A stretch of 64,000 nt of DNA, from the NCBI GenBank assembly GCA_937921735.1, contig CAKZTQ010000015.1:28271-92270 (forward strand), read 5' to 3'. A program made the position numbers and the translations under genes. The stretch comes from an uncultured archaeon. GTDB taxonomy: Archaea; Hadarchaeota; Hadarchaeia; Hadarchaeales; Hadarchaeaceae. Numbering within the stretch: the first letter of the stretch is position 1; each line of letters begins with the position of its first letter. The notes under the pieces are model-generated. The model did no database searches. It had not been told where the DNA came from and saw only the letters and a program-made list of their open reading frames with translations. This document shows positions 8,758-19,319 of the stretch, piece by piece.

Positions 8758-10128
8758 ATGAGGAGACTATTTGGCACCTCCGGCATAAGGGGTGTGGTGA
8801 ACGAGGATCTAACCCCAGAGCTCTTTCTCGACATGGGTCTAACTTTAGCGACTCAACTGGGAAATTCCGGCATAGTGGTGGTAGGCAAAGACCCCCGCAC
8901 CTCAAGCGAGATGCTCGAAAGCGCCCTTATCTCTGGATTGATCTCCGGTGGTTGTGACGTTATAAGGCTCGGTGTCGTCCCCACGCCGGTTGTGGGCTTT
9001 GCCGTGCGCTCGTTGGGTGCAAGCGCGGGGGCGATGATAACCGCCTCCCATAACCCGCCTGAGTACAACGGGTTGAAATTTTGGGATAGTAAGGGCATGG
9101 CATATTCACCTGCGCTGGAGGAAGAGGTCGAGGAGTTATATTTTAGGAGGAGGACCAAGCCCGTCGCATGGGATGAAATAGGAAAAGTGGAAGAGGTAGA
9201 TGTGCTTCCAAGATATCTGGAAGAAATAACTCGTTCGGTTTCTTTGAAAAAGGGATACACCGTCGTCTTAGACTGCGGCAATGGAGCTGGGGCCATCGTC
9301 ACGCCCCACCTCTTGCGGAGACTTGGCTGCAAAGTAATTACCATCAACTCGCAGCTCGACGGGCACTTTCCGGGCAGAGGGCTCGAACCTACTCCAGAAA
9401 ACCTCCAAGAACTCTGCGGTGTGATAAGGTCTGTGGGCGCAGACATCGGGCTGGCTCACGACGGGGACGCTGACCGCATAGCCGCGGTGGACGAGAGAGG
9501 AAGAGTGGCCGAACCAGATAAATTGCTCGCTCTCATGGCTGCCCATCAAGTCAGGAAAAAAGGAGATACGGTGGTGACCACGGTTGACGCATCGAACGTA
9601 GTGGACGAGAGCGTAAAGGCGAAGGGAGGAAAAGTCGTGAGGACGAAAGTAGGAGACGTAAACGTCGCGAGCGAGGTCAAGAAGAGGGGAGCCATCTTCG
9701 GAGGAGAGCCGAGCGGAGCGTGGATATTCCCACATGTTCATCTGGCGCCCGATGGTCCACTAGCTGCGGCAAAGATCTTAGAGCTACTGAGCTCAACGGG
9801 AAAAACCCTCTCCGAGCTGCTAGATGCCCTACCTACGTATCCAACGCTGAGGGAAAGAATAGCCTGCCCCAACGAGAAAAAGACGTCTGCTATGAAGAAG
9901 TTCGAAGCCCTGGCGACGAAGGAGTTTAGGGATGTGGCAGATGTGCTAACCATCGACGGCATCCGACTTTCCCTAAGGGATGGAGGTTGGCTACTCGTTA
10001 GGCCCTCTGGCACCGAGCCTTACATCAGGATAACGGCTGAGGGGAGGACCCCCAAGCGCGCGGAAGAGATGCTAAATTCAGCTGTCGGGATCCTGAAAAA
10101 AATCATCGAGCATAAGGCAAGGTCCTGA
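8758..10128 (+). CDS. glmM: Phosphoglucosamine mutase / phosphohexomutase
   Basis: Active-site TASHNPPEYNGLKF, the metal loop AHDGDADR and GEPSG. Confidence 0.9.
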   Translation: MRRLFGTSGIRGVVNEDLTPELFLDMGLTLATQLGNSGIVVVGKDPRTSSEMLESALISGLISGGCDVIRLGVVPTPVVGFAVRSLGASAGAMITASHNPPEYNGLKFWDSKGMAYSPALEEEVEELYFRRRTKPVAWDEIGKVEEVDVLPRYLEEITRSVSLKKGYTVVLDCGNGAGAIVTPHLLRRLGCKVITINSQLDGHFPGRGLEPTPENLQELCGVIRSVGADIGLAHDGDADRIAAVDERGRVAEPDKLLALMAAHQVRKKGDTVVTTVDASNVVDESVKAKGGKVVRTKVGDVNVASEVKKRGAIFGGEPSGAWIFPHVHLAPDGPLAAAKILELLSSTGKTLSELLDALPTYPTLRERIACPNEKKTSAMKKFEALATKEFRDVADVLTIDGIRLSLRDGGWLLVRPSGTEPYIRITAEGRTPKRAEEMLNSAVGILKKIIEHKARS

Positions 10129-10194
10129 CCCTAAAGATTTTGCTACCTTCAGCTTTTTTATTGAACCAAAACTATAACATTTCTTCGGGAACAG

Positions 10195-11502
10195 ATGAAA
10201 GCAGTAGTCCTATGCGCGGGACTAGGAAAACGGATGCGTCCGCTTACCTTCACTAGGCCGAAGTTTTTGCTTCCCATAGCCGGGAAACCCGCCTTAGACC
10301 ATGTGTTGTTGCTCCTGAAAAATGCCGGTATGAATAAAATTGGCATGGTCGTAGGCTATGGAAAAGAACAGATAATGCAAAGATACGGCGACGGCTCCAA
10401 ACTAGGAATAAAACTGGAATACCTCCACCAGCAGGAGTTGCTAGGGACCGCTAACGCTGTTTCGCTGGCCGAAGATTTCATCTCGAACGAAGATTTCTTA
10501 GTAATGAACGGGGATACGCTCGTAGACCAAGAATCCCTAAATCTCCTCCTAGAGCGCTATGAGGAGGTGAAGCACGAGGATGGCTTCGGCGGCATCATAA
10601 GCACGATCGAGGTCGAAGAGCCAGAGCAGTTCGGGATAGTCTTCCTCGACGGGAACAGGGTCGCAGAAATAGTGGAGAAACCGAAGACCGTCAAAAGCAG
10701 GTTGGCCAACGCGGGCATTTACATCTTCACCCCGGAGATCTTCGATGCGGTAAAGAAGACCAAGAAGTCCAAGCGCGGAGAATATGAGCTGACCACCTCG
10801 ATCCAAATGCTAATAGACAAGGGGAAAAAAATCCTCGTCTCGCCGATAAATCTCTGGGCAGACATAGGCAGACCTTGGGATCTGCTAATCGCGAACGAGT
10901 ACTTCCTGAAAGGGCAAAAGGGAGAGATCCGCGGCAAGGTCGAGCATGGCGCTTACATCGAGGAAAACGTCTACGTGGGTGAGGGCTCGAGAATTCGCTC
11001 GGGCTCGTACATTGAGGGACCAACCTACATCGGCAACGGTTGTGACATCGGCCCCAACTGCTACATACGACCATATACTAGCATAGGCGACAACGTCAGG
11101 GTGGGTAACGGGGTCGAGATCAAGAACAGCATCATAATGGATGGTACGCATATCGCACACCTCTCCTACGTGGGGGATAGCGTCATAGGCAGCAATTGCA
11201 ATCTCGGCGCCGGCACGACCATCGCTAACCTTCGCCTAGACGAGGAAGAGGTCAAGATGAAGATAAGCGGTAAAGTGGTGAGCACGGGCAGGAGGAAGCT
11301 CGGGACGATACTCGCGGACAACGTGAAAACCGGCGTGAATTGCATGATCAATCCAGGCGTCAAGATAGGGCCAAATGCGGCGATCGGTCCGGGGGCGGTG
11401 GTCTACGAGGACGTACCGCCAAACACGCTCGTGCTGGCTAAACCCCTCATGGTGAAAAAGAAGTGGCCAACGGGGGGCGCGAAAGTAGGAAGCAGCGGAT
11501 GA
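10195..11502 (+). CDS. Bifunctional sugar-1-phosphate nucleotidylyltransferase/acetyltransferase (archaeal GlmU-like)
   Basis: N-terminal LCAGLGKRMRPLT NTP-transferase motif plus C-terminal left-handed beta-helix hexapeptide repeats. Confidence 0.85.
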   Translation: MKAVVLCAGLGKRMRPLTFTRPKFLLPIAGKPALDHVLLLLKNAGMNKIGMVVGYGKEQIMQRYGDGSKLGIKLEYLHQQELLGTANAVSLAEDFISNEDFLVMNGDTLVDQESLNLLLERYEEVKHEDGFGGIISTIEVEEPEQFGIVFLDGNRVAEIVEKPKTVKSRLANAGIYIFTPEIFDAVKKTKKSKRGEYELTTSIQMLIDKGKKILVSPINLWADIGRPWDLLIANEYFLKGQKGEIRGKVEHGAYIEENVYVGEGSRIRSGSYIEGPTYIGNGCDIGPNCYIRPYTSIGDNVRVGNGVEIKNSIIMDGTHIAHLSYVGDSVIGSNCNLGAGTTIANLRLDEEEVKMKISGKVVSTGRRKLGTILADNVKTGVNCMINPGVKIGPNAAIGPGAVVYEDVPPNTLVLAKPLMVKKKWPTGGAKVGSSG

Positions 11503-11516
11503 GGAAAGTGTAACAT

Positions 11517-11852
11517 ATGAGCGAATATACCTTGGAAGAATTCCGCAGAAAATTCCCTCACCTGGCTAAGGAAATGGGAGGAGTTGGAACCCTTCGAATC
11601 GACGCGGTGCGGACGAGTTTAAAGGAGGCCGAAAAGGCCGCTCATTCCATCCAAGGCTACGAGCCCACCGTCGTCGACTTCATCAGGCGCTGCGATACCG
11701 ACGATCAGGCGCTTGAAATAATAAACTTTCTCGAAGCGCGTGGGACAATAGATCCGGATTATGCGAAGAGGTTGCGCAGCCAGTTGGTTCGGTGTGGGGT
11801 GCGGAGCTTCGGTCCGAAAAAGAACCCGGGGTATTATTACGAGCAGGGTTAG
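11517..11852 (+). CDS. Conserved archaeal small protein (DUF2095-like)
   Basis: 111 aa, tightly coupled to the downstream GTPase. The family assignment is from memory only. Confidence 0.45.
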   Translation: MSEYTLEEFRRKFPHLAKEMGGVGTLRIDAVRTSLKEAEKAAHSIQGYEPTVVDFIRRCDTDDQALEIINFLEARGTIDPDYAKRLRSQLVRCGVRSFGPKKNPGYYYEQG

Positions 11853-11854
11853 AC

Positions 11855-13057
11855 ATGCTCGAGATCGGCCTGGTGGGCAAACCCAACACGGGTAAAACCA
11901 CTTTTTTCAATGCCGCCACGCTAGCTAATGCGCCCGTAGCAGGATATCCCTTCACAACGATAGATGCCAACATCGGCGTGACCTACATCAGGAGCGAATG
12001 CCCATGCGTCGAGTTTAAAGTGAGGTGCAATCCTCAGAACTCCACCTGCATCAACGGCGTCAGGTTCGTCCCGGTTCGCATAATAGACGTCGCAGGGCTG
12101 GTAGAGGGGGCACACCTTGGCAGGGGGTTGGGCAACAGGTTTCTGGACAACCTCAGAACAGCTGCCGCGCTGATACACGTTATAGATGCCTCCGGTTCCA
12201 CCGATGCGGAGGGCAAACCCTGTCCGCCCGGCACTCATGACCCCCTCCAAGATGTCTGGTTCCCGGAGGTGGAGATCGCCCTTTGGCTGAGGGGGCTGCT
12301 CGCCAAGGATTGGGTGAAGTTCGCCCGGAGGGCGAAGTACGAGGAGCTGGACTTAGTCAAGGCGATCGCGGAACGCCTCAGCGGACTTGGCATCAAAGAA
12401 AAACACGTCGCGCGCGCCCTTAAGGAGGCAGGTGTAGATCGGTCAAATCCGGATAAATGGTCGGACGACGACCTCCTAAGGTTTGCGGTCGAACTCAGAA
12501 AGGTCAGCAAGCCAATTATCATAGCCGCAAACAAGGCTGATCTGCCGGAGGCCGAGCCGAATATCGAGCGCCTCCGCCAAAGGGGGTACATTGTCATCCC
12601 CACTTGCTCAGAGGCGGAGCTTTTGCTCAGGCGCGCGAGCGAGAAGGGCCTCATCCGATATGAGCCGGGCGATGGGGATTTCGTGATACTTAAACCGGAG
12701 GCGCTCACAGAGGCGCAACTTAGAGCATTGGAGCTCACGCGGAAATTACTGAGGAAATGGGGCTCCACAGGCGTACAACAGGTGATAGACAAAGCCATAT
12801 ACGAGCTTCTTGAACTGATCGTGGTTTACCCCGTCGAGGACGAAAACAAGCTCACAGACAAAAAGGGAAATGTCCTGCCTGATGCCTTCCTCGTCCCGCG
12901 GGGGACTAGGGCGCGGGACTTGGCATACATGATACATACCGAGCTCGGCGATTCCTTCATTTATGCGATCGACGCCAGGACGAAGATGCGCGTGGGCGAA
13001 GACTACGTGCTCAAGGATAGGGATGTCATCCGAATAGTGGCGGCAAAGGGAAGGTAA
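11855..13057 (+). CDS. Obg-like GTPase/ATPase (YchF/Ygr210 family) with C-terminal TGS domain
   Basis: GKPNTGKTTFFNA G1 motif, DVAGLV G3 motif, NKAD G4 motif and a TGS-like C-terminus. ATG 11855 follows the upstream TAG. Confidence 0.85.
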   Translation: MLEIGLVGKPNTGKTTFFNAATLANAPVAGYPFTTIDANIGVTYIRSECPCVEFKVRCNPQNSTCINGVRFVPVRIIDVAGLVEGAHLGRGLGNRFLDNLRTAAALIHVIDASGSTDAEGKPCPPGTHDPLQDVWFPEVEIALWLRGLLAKDWVKFARRAKYEELDLVKAIAERLSGLGIKEKHVARALKEAGVDRSNPDKWSDDDLLRFAVELRKVSKPIIIAANKADLPEAEPNIERLRQRGYIVIPTCSEAELLLRRASEKGLIRYEPGDGDFVILKPEALTEAQLRALELTRKLLRKWGSTGVQQVIDKAIYELLELIVVYPVEDENKLTDKKGNVLPDAFLVPRGTRARDLAYMIHTELGDSFIYAIDARTKMRVGEDYVLKDRDVIRIVAAKGR

Positions 13058-13091
13058 AAACTATAAGATGACCAAACTAATTGCTTAAAAA

Positions 13092-14015
13092 GTGGTGAAT
13101 CGATTGACCAAGATATTGATTACCGACCCAATACACGAGGACGGAATCAGGCTGCTGAAAGAGATCGGACAGGTCGACGTGAAGATCGGCTTGAACCAAG
13201 AACAATTGCTACTAGAGGTAGGCGACTATGATGTCTTAGTGGTGAGAAGCGCGACGAAGGTTACGCGAGAGGTCATCGAGGCCGGCAAGAACCTAAAATT
13301 GATCGCCAGGGCTGGAGCCGGACTGGACAACATAGATGTCGAGGCCGCTGAGGCTAGGGGTATCGAGGTCATCAACTCACCCGAGTCGGTGACCGCTGCA
13401 GTCGCCGAGTTGACAATTGGATTGATGCTCTCGCTAGCCCGAAGGATACCGCGCGCCGATCGAGGCATGAAGCTTGGACGATGGGAGAAATCTGAGTTGA
13501 TAGGCACCGAACTCAGAGGCAAAACGTTGGGCATCGTGGGAACAGGACGAATCGGGCGAGCCGTTGGCTACAAGGCCAAAGCATTTCTCATGGACTTGCT
13601 GGCCTACGATATCGTCACCAACGAGGAATTTAGGGAAAGAACCGGCTGTAGATACGTAGATCTCCAAACGCTCTTAAGGGAATCCGACTTCGTGACGCTA
13701 CATGTAGCGCTTACCCCTCAAACCAGGCACATGATAGGTAGGCGGGAGCTAAGCTTGATGAAGCCCACGGCCTTCCTCATCAATACCTCGAGGGGAGAAA
13801 TAGTAGACGAGACCGCACTGGTGGAGGCGCTTAGGGAGGGAAAAATCGCCGGTGCCGCGCTCGATGTCTACGAGAGGGAGCCGCCAACGGATAGTCCGTT
13901 GCTGAAGCTGGAGAACGTCATCCTAACTCCCCACATTGGAGCTTCAACGATCGAGGCTCAACGCGACGCCGGTATCCTGATAGCCAAGAAAATTAGAGAG
14001 GCGTTAAGCCGATGA
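13092..14015 (+). CDS. D-isomer-specific 2-hydroxyacid dehydrogenase (SerA/phosphoglycerate dehydrogenase-like, no ACT domain)
   Basis: GIVGTGRIGRAV NAD-binding motif, NTSRGEIVDE and LTPHIGAST. Confidence 0.85.
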   Translation: MVNRLTKILITDPIHEDGIRLLKEIGQVDVKIGLNQEQLLLEVGDYDVLVVRSATKVTREVIEAGKNLKLIARAGAGLDNIDVEAAEARGIEVINSPESVTAAVAELTIGLMLSLARRIPRADRGMKLGRWEKSELIGTELRGKTLGIVGTGRIGRAVGYKAKAFLMDLLAYDIVTNEEFRERTGCRYVDLQTLLRESDFVTLHVALTPQTRHMIGRRELSLMKPTAFLINTSRGEIVDETALVEALREGKIAGAALDVYEREPPTDSPLLKLENVILTPHIGASTIEAQRDAGILIAKKIREALSR

Positions 14016-14060
14016 TTTTTATAGCCATCCCGACGTAGAATTTCCGCCGAGGCGATTGGG

Positions 14061-14630
14061 TTGTACAAATACCTTAGAGAGGCATGGGCGTCAAAGGAGG
14101 GTTATGCAAAGGAGCTGATGCGCCAACGCATGAAAGAATGGAGGCGTGGACCAGCGATAGTTCGCATAGAGAAGCCGACGAGGTTGGACCGCGCCAGAGC
14201 TCTGGGCTATAAAGCAAAGCAGGGCGTGGTGGTCGTACGCGTACGAGTCCGAAAGGGCGGGAGGAGAAAGGCACGGCCATCGCGAGGGCGAAGGCCAAAA
14301 CGGATGGGCGTCAAGAAGCTCGTGCCCAAGAAGAGCATCCAAGTGATTGCTGAGGAGCGAGCTGCGAGAAAGTACCCAAACCTCGAGGTGCTCAACTCAT
14401 ATCCAGTGGGCGACGACGGGCAACACCGCTACTTTGAGGTCATCATGCTCGACCCGAGTCACCCCGCCATCCGCAGCGATCCCGATTTGGGCTGGATCGC
14501 CAACCCGAGCCAAAAGGGGAGGGTTTACCGAGGACTTACCAGTGCAGGCAAGAAGTCGAGGGGACTCAGGCGGAAGGGGAAAGGTGCCGAAAAGGTTCGG
14601 CCTAGCGTTAGGGCAAAGCGTCGCGGGTGA
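14061..14630 (+). CDS. rpl15e: 50S ribosomal protein L15e
   Basis: YKYLREAW N-terminus, [12 protein letters not shown] and [12 protein letters not shown] start. Confidence 0.93.
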   Translation: MYKYLREAWASKEGYAKELMRQRMKEWRRGPAIVRIEKPTRLDRARALGYKAKQGVVVVRVRVRKGGRRKARPSRGRRPKRMGVKKLVPKKSIQVIAEERAARKYPNLEVLNSYPVGDDGQHRYFEVIMLDPSHPAIRSDPDLGWIANPSQKGRVYRGLTSAGKKSRGLRRKGKGAEKVRPSVRAKRRG

Positions 14631-14634
14631 TGCC

Positions 14635-15090
14635 GTGAAGTTCCCGTTCAGCAACGCAAGCGTCGACGCGCTCGTTCACGCGACGGAAGACGAAAAAAAG
14701 GTGCTGGCGGCGCTGGAGAACTTGCTACCAAAAGGGGTGGAAGTTCGAAAGACAAAGCTGAGGGGCCATTACGGCAATCCCATCATCGCCCTCCACGCCT
14801 CAATCGAGCAAAAGAAGTTAGTGCGCGAGCTCTGGCAGCATATCCTGAGCAAGCTTCGCGCGGGCGATCTGGATAAACTCAGGAAGGCCGCGGCGAAAAG
14901 GATAGACCCTGCCTGTCGGCTCCACCTTAGGTTCAATAAACAACTCGCGTACACGGGAGAATTTGCGCTCGAGGACGGAAGCGATGTCATCCATCTTAAG
15001 TTGAAAGTGGCCGCCTATCCTGCTAAGCAAAAGGTCGCGAGCAAGCTCGTGGAGGAATTCATCGCAGAAGCTTCCCACGAGGACTTCTAG
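14635..15090 (+). CDS. Putative RNA-binding protein (COG1931/DUF54-like)
   Basis: GTG 14635 lies just after the L15e stop. VHATEDEKKV..AL.NLLP motif. The upstream part of the listed ORF overlaps L15e out of frame. Confidence 0.55.
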   Translation: MKFPFSNASVDALVHATEDEKKVLAALENLLPKGVEVRKTKLRGHYGNPIIALHASIEQKKLVRELWQHILSKLRAGDLDKLRKAAAKRIDPACRLHLRFNKQLAYTGEFALEDGSDVIHLKLKVAAYPAKQKVASKLVEEFIAEASHEDF

Positions 15091-15095
15091 AGGCG

Positions 15096-15428
15096 ATGGA
15101 AGTGAGGGCGAGGCGTAGATATGTTGCCTTCCAGATTATTGGAAGCAGGGTCGATAGGGGGAAGGTTGCCGATATCTTAAAATCCTTGCTGCAGCAGATT
15201 TCTCTGAATCTGGAATCACCGGAGGCCGAGCCAAAGCTCATCCTGTTCGACGAGGCCGCGCAGCGGGGGCTTTTAAGGTGCGGGCACAGATTGCTCGCCC
15301 AAGTCAAGGACAAGCTCAGCAGAGCGGAGGGGATGAACGACAAAAGCGCAAAATTTATAATTTTGGGGGTTTCTGGCACCATAAAAACAGCAAAAAGAAA
15401 GTTCTTTTCATCCCCGCGGGGAACATGA
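15096..15428 (+). CDS. rnp2: RNase P protein component 2 (Pop5/Rnp2)
   Basis: RRRYVAFQI N-terminal motif, about 110 aa, and typical archaeal placement near r-protein genes. Confidence 0.7.
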   Translation: MEVRARRRYVAFQIIGSRVDRGKVADILKSLLQQISLNLESPEAEPKLILFDEAAQRGLLRCGHRLLAQVKDKLSRAEGMNDKSAKFIILGVSGTIKTAKRKFFSSPRGT

Positions 15429-15434
15429 CGTGAC

Positions 15435-16421
15435 CTAAGCTCTCACGAGATGACATGCCACGTAGTGCCCGTCCTCCACCTCTGAGAACTCCGGTTCTCT
15501 CTCCCTGCATACCGGCTTTGCGTACGGGCACCTCGGGTGGAACCTACAGCCGGGCGGGGGATCTATCACGCTCGGTATTTCGCCCCTGAGCACGATGCCC
15601 TTTGGCTTATATTTAGGGTCCGGAACGGGCACGGCAGCGAGAAGCGATTGCGTGTACGGGTGCAGCGGGTTATCACGCAGCTCGCTTTGCGGCGCTATCT
15701 CCACTATCTTCCCCACGTACATCACCGCGATCCTATCGCTCATGTGCTCCACGACGTTCAGATCATGCGAGATGAGGAGGTAGGTAAAGCTGAACTTCTC
15801 CCGCAGGTCGCTCAATAGGTTGAGGATATGGGCTTGAACTGACACATCTAACGCCGAGGTAGGCTCGTCGAGGACCACGAAGTCCGGCTTCAGGACCAGG
15901 ACTCTAGCAATCGCGATCCTCTGTTGCTGGCCCCCGCTGAACTCGTGGGGGAACCTCTCGAGGTGCTCTGGCCCCAAGCCCACCTCCTTCAGCACGTCGA
16001 GCACTATTTTCTCCTTTTCCTCTCCCTTAGCTATACCATGAATCTCTAGCGGCCTGCCGACTATTTCGGAAACCGTCATCCTAGGGTTCAGCGACGACTG
16101 TGGGTGCTGGTACACAACCCCCATCCTCCTCCTCAGCCTCCGCAGCTCTTCGTCGCTCATCTTCGCCAAATCCCTGCCATCGAAATATATCTTGCCAGCG
16201 GTGGGTCTGATGAGCCCCAGTATGAGCTTCCCCACCGTCGTCTTCCCACAGCCACTTTCACCCACTAGGCCGAAGACCTCTCCCCTTTGGATGTGGAAGT
16301 CCACACCATCAACAGCCCTGATCCACCTAACCCTCCTCGAGAAGATCCCCTTCTTGGTCTCGAAATACTTTTTAAGGCCTTGAACAGCCACAAGATCCCT
16401 ATTCGCGCCAGCCTTCACCAT
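15435..16421 (-). CDS. Oligopeptide/dipeptide ABC transporter ATPase (OppF-like)
   Basis: Walker A GESGCGKT, signature FSGGQQQR, and a C-terminal CRFHPRCP motif. Confidence 0.9.
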   Translation of the reverse strand: MVKAGANRDLVAVQGLKKYFETKKGIFSRRVRWIRAVDGVDFHIQRGEVFGLVGESGCGKTTVGKLILGLIRPTAGKIYFDGRDLAKMSDEELRRLRRRMGVVYQHPQSSLNPRMTVSEIVGRPLEIHGIAKGEEKEKIVLDVLKEVGLGPEHLERFPHEFSGGQQQRIAIARVLVLKPDFVVLDEPTSALDVSVQAHILNLLSDLREKFSFTYLLISHDLNVVEHMSDRIAVMYVGKIVEIAPQSELRDNPLHPYTQSLLAAVPVPDPKYKPKGIVLRGEIPSVIDPPPGCRFHPRCPYAKPVCREREPEFSEVEDGHYVACHLVRA

Positions 16422-16423
16422 AT

Positions 16424-17413
16424 TTAACCCCTACTGAAGAGGTGACACCTCACCGAATGTCCTTTTTCCACTTCAATCGTGACCGGATCCTCCTTCGTGC
16501 AGACCTCCATAGCGAAGGGGCAGCGCGGGTGGAACCTGCAGCCTGGCGGAGGATTGACCAAGCTGGGGACCATGCCGGGAATTGTCACGAGTTTTCCGCG
16601 CGAAACATCCGCCTTGGGTATTGCCTTGAGCAAGGCTTGGGTATAAGGATGCTTTGGCTCCTCGAACAGCGTGATCAGATCAGCCTCTTCCACGATGTTC
16701 CCCGCATACATCACCGCCACGCGGTCGCACATCTGGGCTATGACCCCTAGGTTATGAGTGATGATCAAGATAGATGTATTGAGCTTGCGCCTTAGCTCCT
16801 TCATCAACTCTAGGATTTGCGCTTGGATGGTCACATCGAGCGCCGTCGTGGGCTCGTCCGCAATGAGCAGCGAGGGATTGCACGATAACATCATCGCGAT
16901 CATCGCTCGTTGCTTCATGCCCCCACTGAACTGATGGGGGTACTCGACGACCCTGACCTCAGGATCTGGCATGCCGACAAGCTTCAGCATCTCCACCACT
17001 TTTTTCGGCACCTCTTCAGGACTTATCAAGCGCTCCTCGATCACCTGGTGCAGCTCTATGGGTTCAGCTATCTGATCGCCTATCGTGAAGACGGGATTGA
17101 GCGCCGTGTGGGGATCCTGGAATATCATCGAGATCTCTTTCCCCCTTAAGCGTCTCATCTCCTCGTCGCTTATCTTGAGCAGGTCCCTGCCCTTGAAGAT
17201 CACCTTGCCAGCGACGATCTTGCCAGGCGGGCTCGGGATCAACCTCAGAATTGAAAGGGCGGTGACGGATTTGCCGCAGCCGCTTTCGCCAACCAAACCC
17301 AAGATCTCGCCCTTCTGCACGTCAAAGCTCACCCCATCGACGGCTTTCACCACCCCCTCCTCCATGAAGAAGTACGTCTTCAGCCCCTTCACCTCGAGCA
17401 ACGGTTTGGCCAT
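16424..17413 (-). CDS. Oligopeptide/dipeptide ABC transporter ATPase (OppD-like)
   Basis: [16 protein letters not shown], and a C-terminal CRFHPRCP motif. Confidence 0.9.
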   Translation of the reverse strand: MAKPLLEVKGLKTYFFMEEGVVKAVDGVSFDVQKGEILGLVGESGCGKSVTALSILRLIPSPPGKIVAGKVIFKGRDLLKISDEEMRRLRGKEISMIFQDPHTALNPVFTIGDQIAEPIELHQVIEERLISPEEVPKKVVEMLKLVGMPDPEVRVVEYPHQFSGGMKQRAMIAMMLSCNPSLLIADEPTTALDVTIQAQILELMKELRRKLNTSILIITHNLGVIAQMCDRVAVMYAGNIVEEADLITLFEEPKHPYTQALLKAIPKADVSRGKLVTIPGMVPSLVNPPPGCRFHPRCPFAMEVCTKEDPVTIEVEKGHSVRCHLFSRG

Positions 17414-17415
17414 AG

Positions 17416-18321
17416 CTAACCCCTCAATCTCGGATCAAACGCGTCCCTCAGCGCGTCGCCTAAGAAATTGAACCCTAAGACGGTTATGATTATGGCTATC
17501 CCCGGATACACGGACATCAAGGGTCTTTCGGCCAAAAACCTGCTGTGCTCCTTAAGCATCGCTCCCCAGTCTGGCGTCGGAGGCTGCACGCCGAGCCCGA
17601 GGAAACTCATAGCCGACGATAGGAGGATCGCCGCCGGCAGCGTCATCGTGGCGAGCACGATCAGAGGGGATATTATGTTGGGCAACACGTAGCGAAGGAT
17701 TATGCTCCTGTCCCTTTCCCCGATGGCCTTAGCGGCCTCGATGTACACCTCCTCCTTCACCGCAAGGACCTGACCGCGGGTCAGCCTAGCATAACCGGCC
17801 CAGCCCGTTATCGACAGGGCGATCACCAACTTGTAAAGGCCTGGGCCGAAGAACCCGACGAAGGCGATCGCGAGCACCAAGCCAGGGAACGCGATCACCG
17901 CATCTACTACCCTCATCATCGCCTCATCCAATCTTCCACCTCGGTAGCCGGCTATCAGCCCGTACGGCACTCCGATCGCAGCTTCGAACGAGACGAGCAG
18001 GATTCCTATCGTAAGCGCGATCCTAGAACCGTAGACAATCCTGCTGAAGATGCATCTACCGAGATCATCTGTCCCCAGTGGATATTTTTTGCTTGGACCT
18101 AACAGTTTGTCCTGCAAGTGCTGAGTTTCCGGGTCGTGCGGAGCTATGAAGTCGGCGAATATCGCTACCCCGACTATCGCCAGCACGATGCCCAATCCTA
18201 CCCAAGCCCTAACATCTCGCTTGAGATATCTCAACGCGGGCGACCTGCCCATCCTTTTTATATAGCTTTGGATTGAGGCGCCGACACCCTTCACAGCTTG
18301 TAGGAAAGCCATCATTACCAA
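17416..18321 (-). CDS. ABC transporter permease (OppC/DppC-like)
   Basis: Multi-TM protein with the EAA-like loop EAAKAIGERD. Confidence 0.88.
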   Translation of the reverse strand: MVMMAFLQAVKGVGASIQSYIKRMGRSPALRYLKRDVRAWVGLGIVLAIVGVAIFADFIAPHDPETQHLQDKLLGPSKKYPLGTDDLGRCIFSRIVYGSRIALTIGILLVSFEAAIGVPYGLIAGYRGGRLDEAMMRVVDAVIAFPGLVLAIAFVGFFGPGLYKLVIALSITGWAGYARLTRGQVLAVKEEVYIEAAKAIGERDRSIILRYVLPNIISPLIVLATMTLPAAILLSSAMSFLGLGVQPPTPDWGAMLKEHSRFLAERPLMSVYPGIAIIITVLGFNFLGDALRDAFDPRLRG

Positions 18322-18333
18322 CTTTTCCCCGGC

Positions 18334-19266
18334 TTATTTCTTTTCCTCGTACCTAATTTTCGGGTTGAGGTAAGCGTAGGTGATGTCGCAGAGCAGGTTT
18401 GCCACCACCGCCAGCACCACGTACATAAACATGACCGCGAGTACGGTGAGGAAGTCGGGCGAGGTGCCGAGTATGGAATCGACCATCAGCCTCCCCATGC
18501 CCGGCCAGGCGAATACCTTCTCTATTACCACGGTGCCTCCGAAGAGGAACGGGAGCCTCAGGAACAATATCGTGACCACCGGGATGAAGGCGTTCTTCAG
18601 CGCGTGCTTGTAGATGACCATCCTCTCCCGCAACCCCTTTGCCCTAGCCGTCCTGATGTAGTCCTGCCTTAGCACGTCGAGCATGCTCGACCTCGTCAGT
18701 CTAGCCACGGACCCGGCTTGAGAAGTGCCCAGCGTGAGGGCCGGCAATATGAGATATTTGATGCCCCCGTAGCCAGCCACGGGAAGCCAGCCCAGCCATA
18801 TCCCGAATATCAATATCGCCATCAAGCCCTGCCAGAAGTTGGGTATGGAGACGCCGAAGAGCGCGATCCCCATACTCGTGTAGTCGACCCATGTCTTTCG
18901 CCTAAGCGCCGCGACGATGCCCAGAGGAATACCCATCCCCAGCGAGACCAAGAAGGCAGCGAGCGTCAACTCGAGTGTGCGAGGAAGCCTTTCCCATATC
19001 AGTTGAGAGACGGGTGCCCCCCACTTCCAAGATCGTCCAAAGTCGCCCCTCAGGAGCCTGCTCAACCATAGGAAGTATTGCTCGTAGAGGGGCTTATCCA
19101 GCCCGTAGGCCTTACGTATGCTCTCGATCTGCTCAGGACCGGCCATCGGACCTGCTATCCTCGCCGCCGGATCCCCGGTGGCAAACATCAACAGAAAGGT
19201 CGCGACCGAAACACCTAGAAGTATTGGGATGATCGTGAGCAATCTCTTTATTATGAACTTGTACAT
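18334..19266 (-). CDS. ABC transporter permease (OppB/DppB-like)
   Basis: MYKFIIKRLL N-terminus and the YIRTARAKGL EAA loop. Confidence 0.88.
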   Translation of the reverse strand: MYKFIIKRLLTIIPILLGVSVATFLLMFATGDPAARIAGPMAGPEQIESIRKAYGLDKPLYEQYFLWLSRLLRGDFGRSWKWGAPVSQLIWERLPRTLELTLAAFLVSLGMGIPLGIVAALRRKTWVDYTSMGIALFGVSIPNFWQGLMAILIFGIWLGWLPVAGYGGIKYLILPALTLGTSQAGSVARLTRSSMLDVLRQDYIRTARAKGLRERMVIYKHALKNAFIPVVTILFLRLPFLFGGTVVIEKVFAWPGMGRLMVDSILGTSPDFLTVLAVMFMYVVLAVVANLLCDITYAYLNPKIRYEEKK

Positions 19267-19319
19267 CTTTCGTCCCGATTATTTTTTGTAAGGCTCGCTC
19301 GTATTTAAGGATGGGGTAC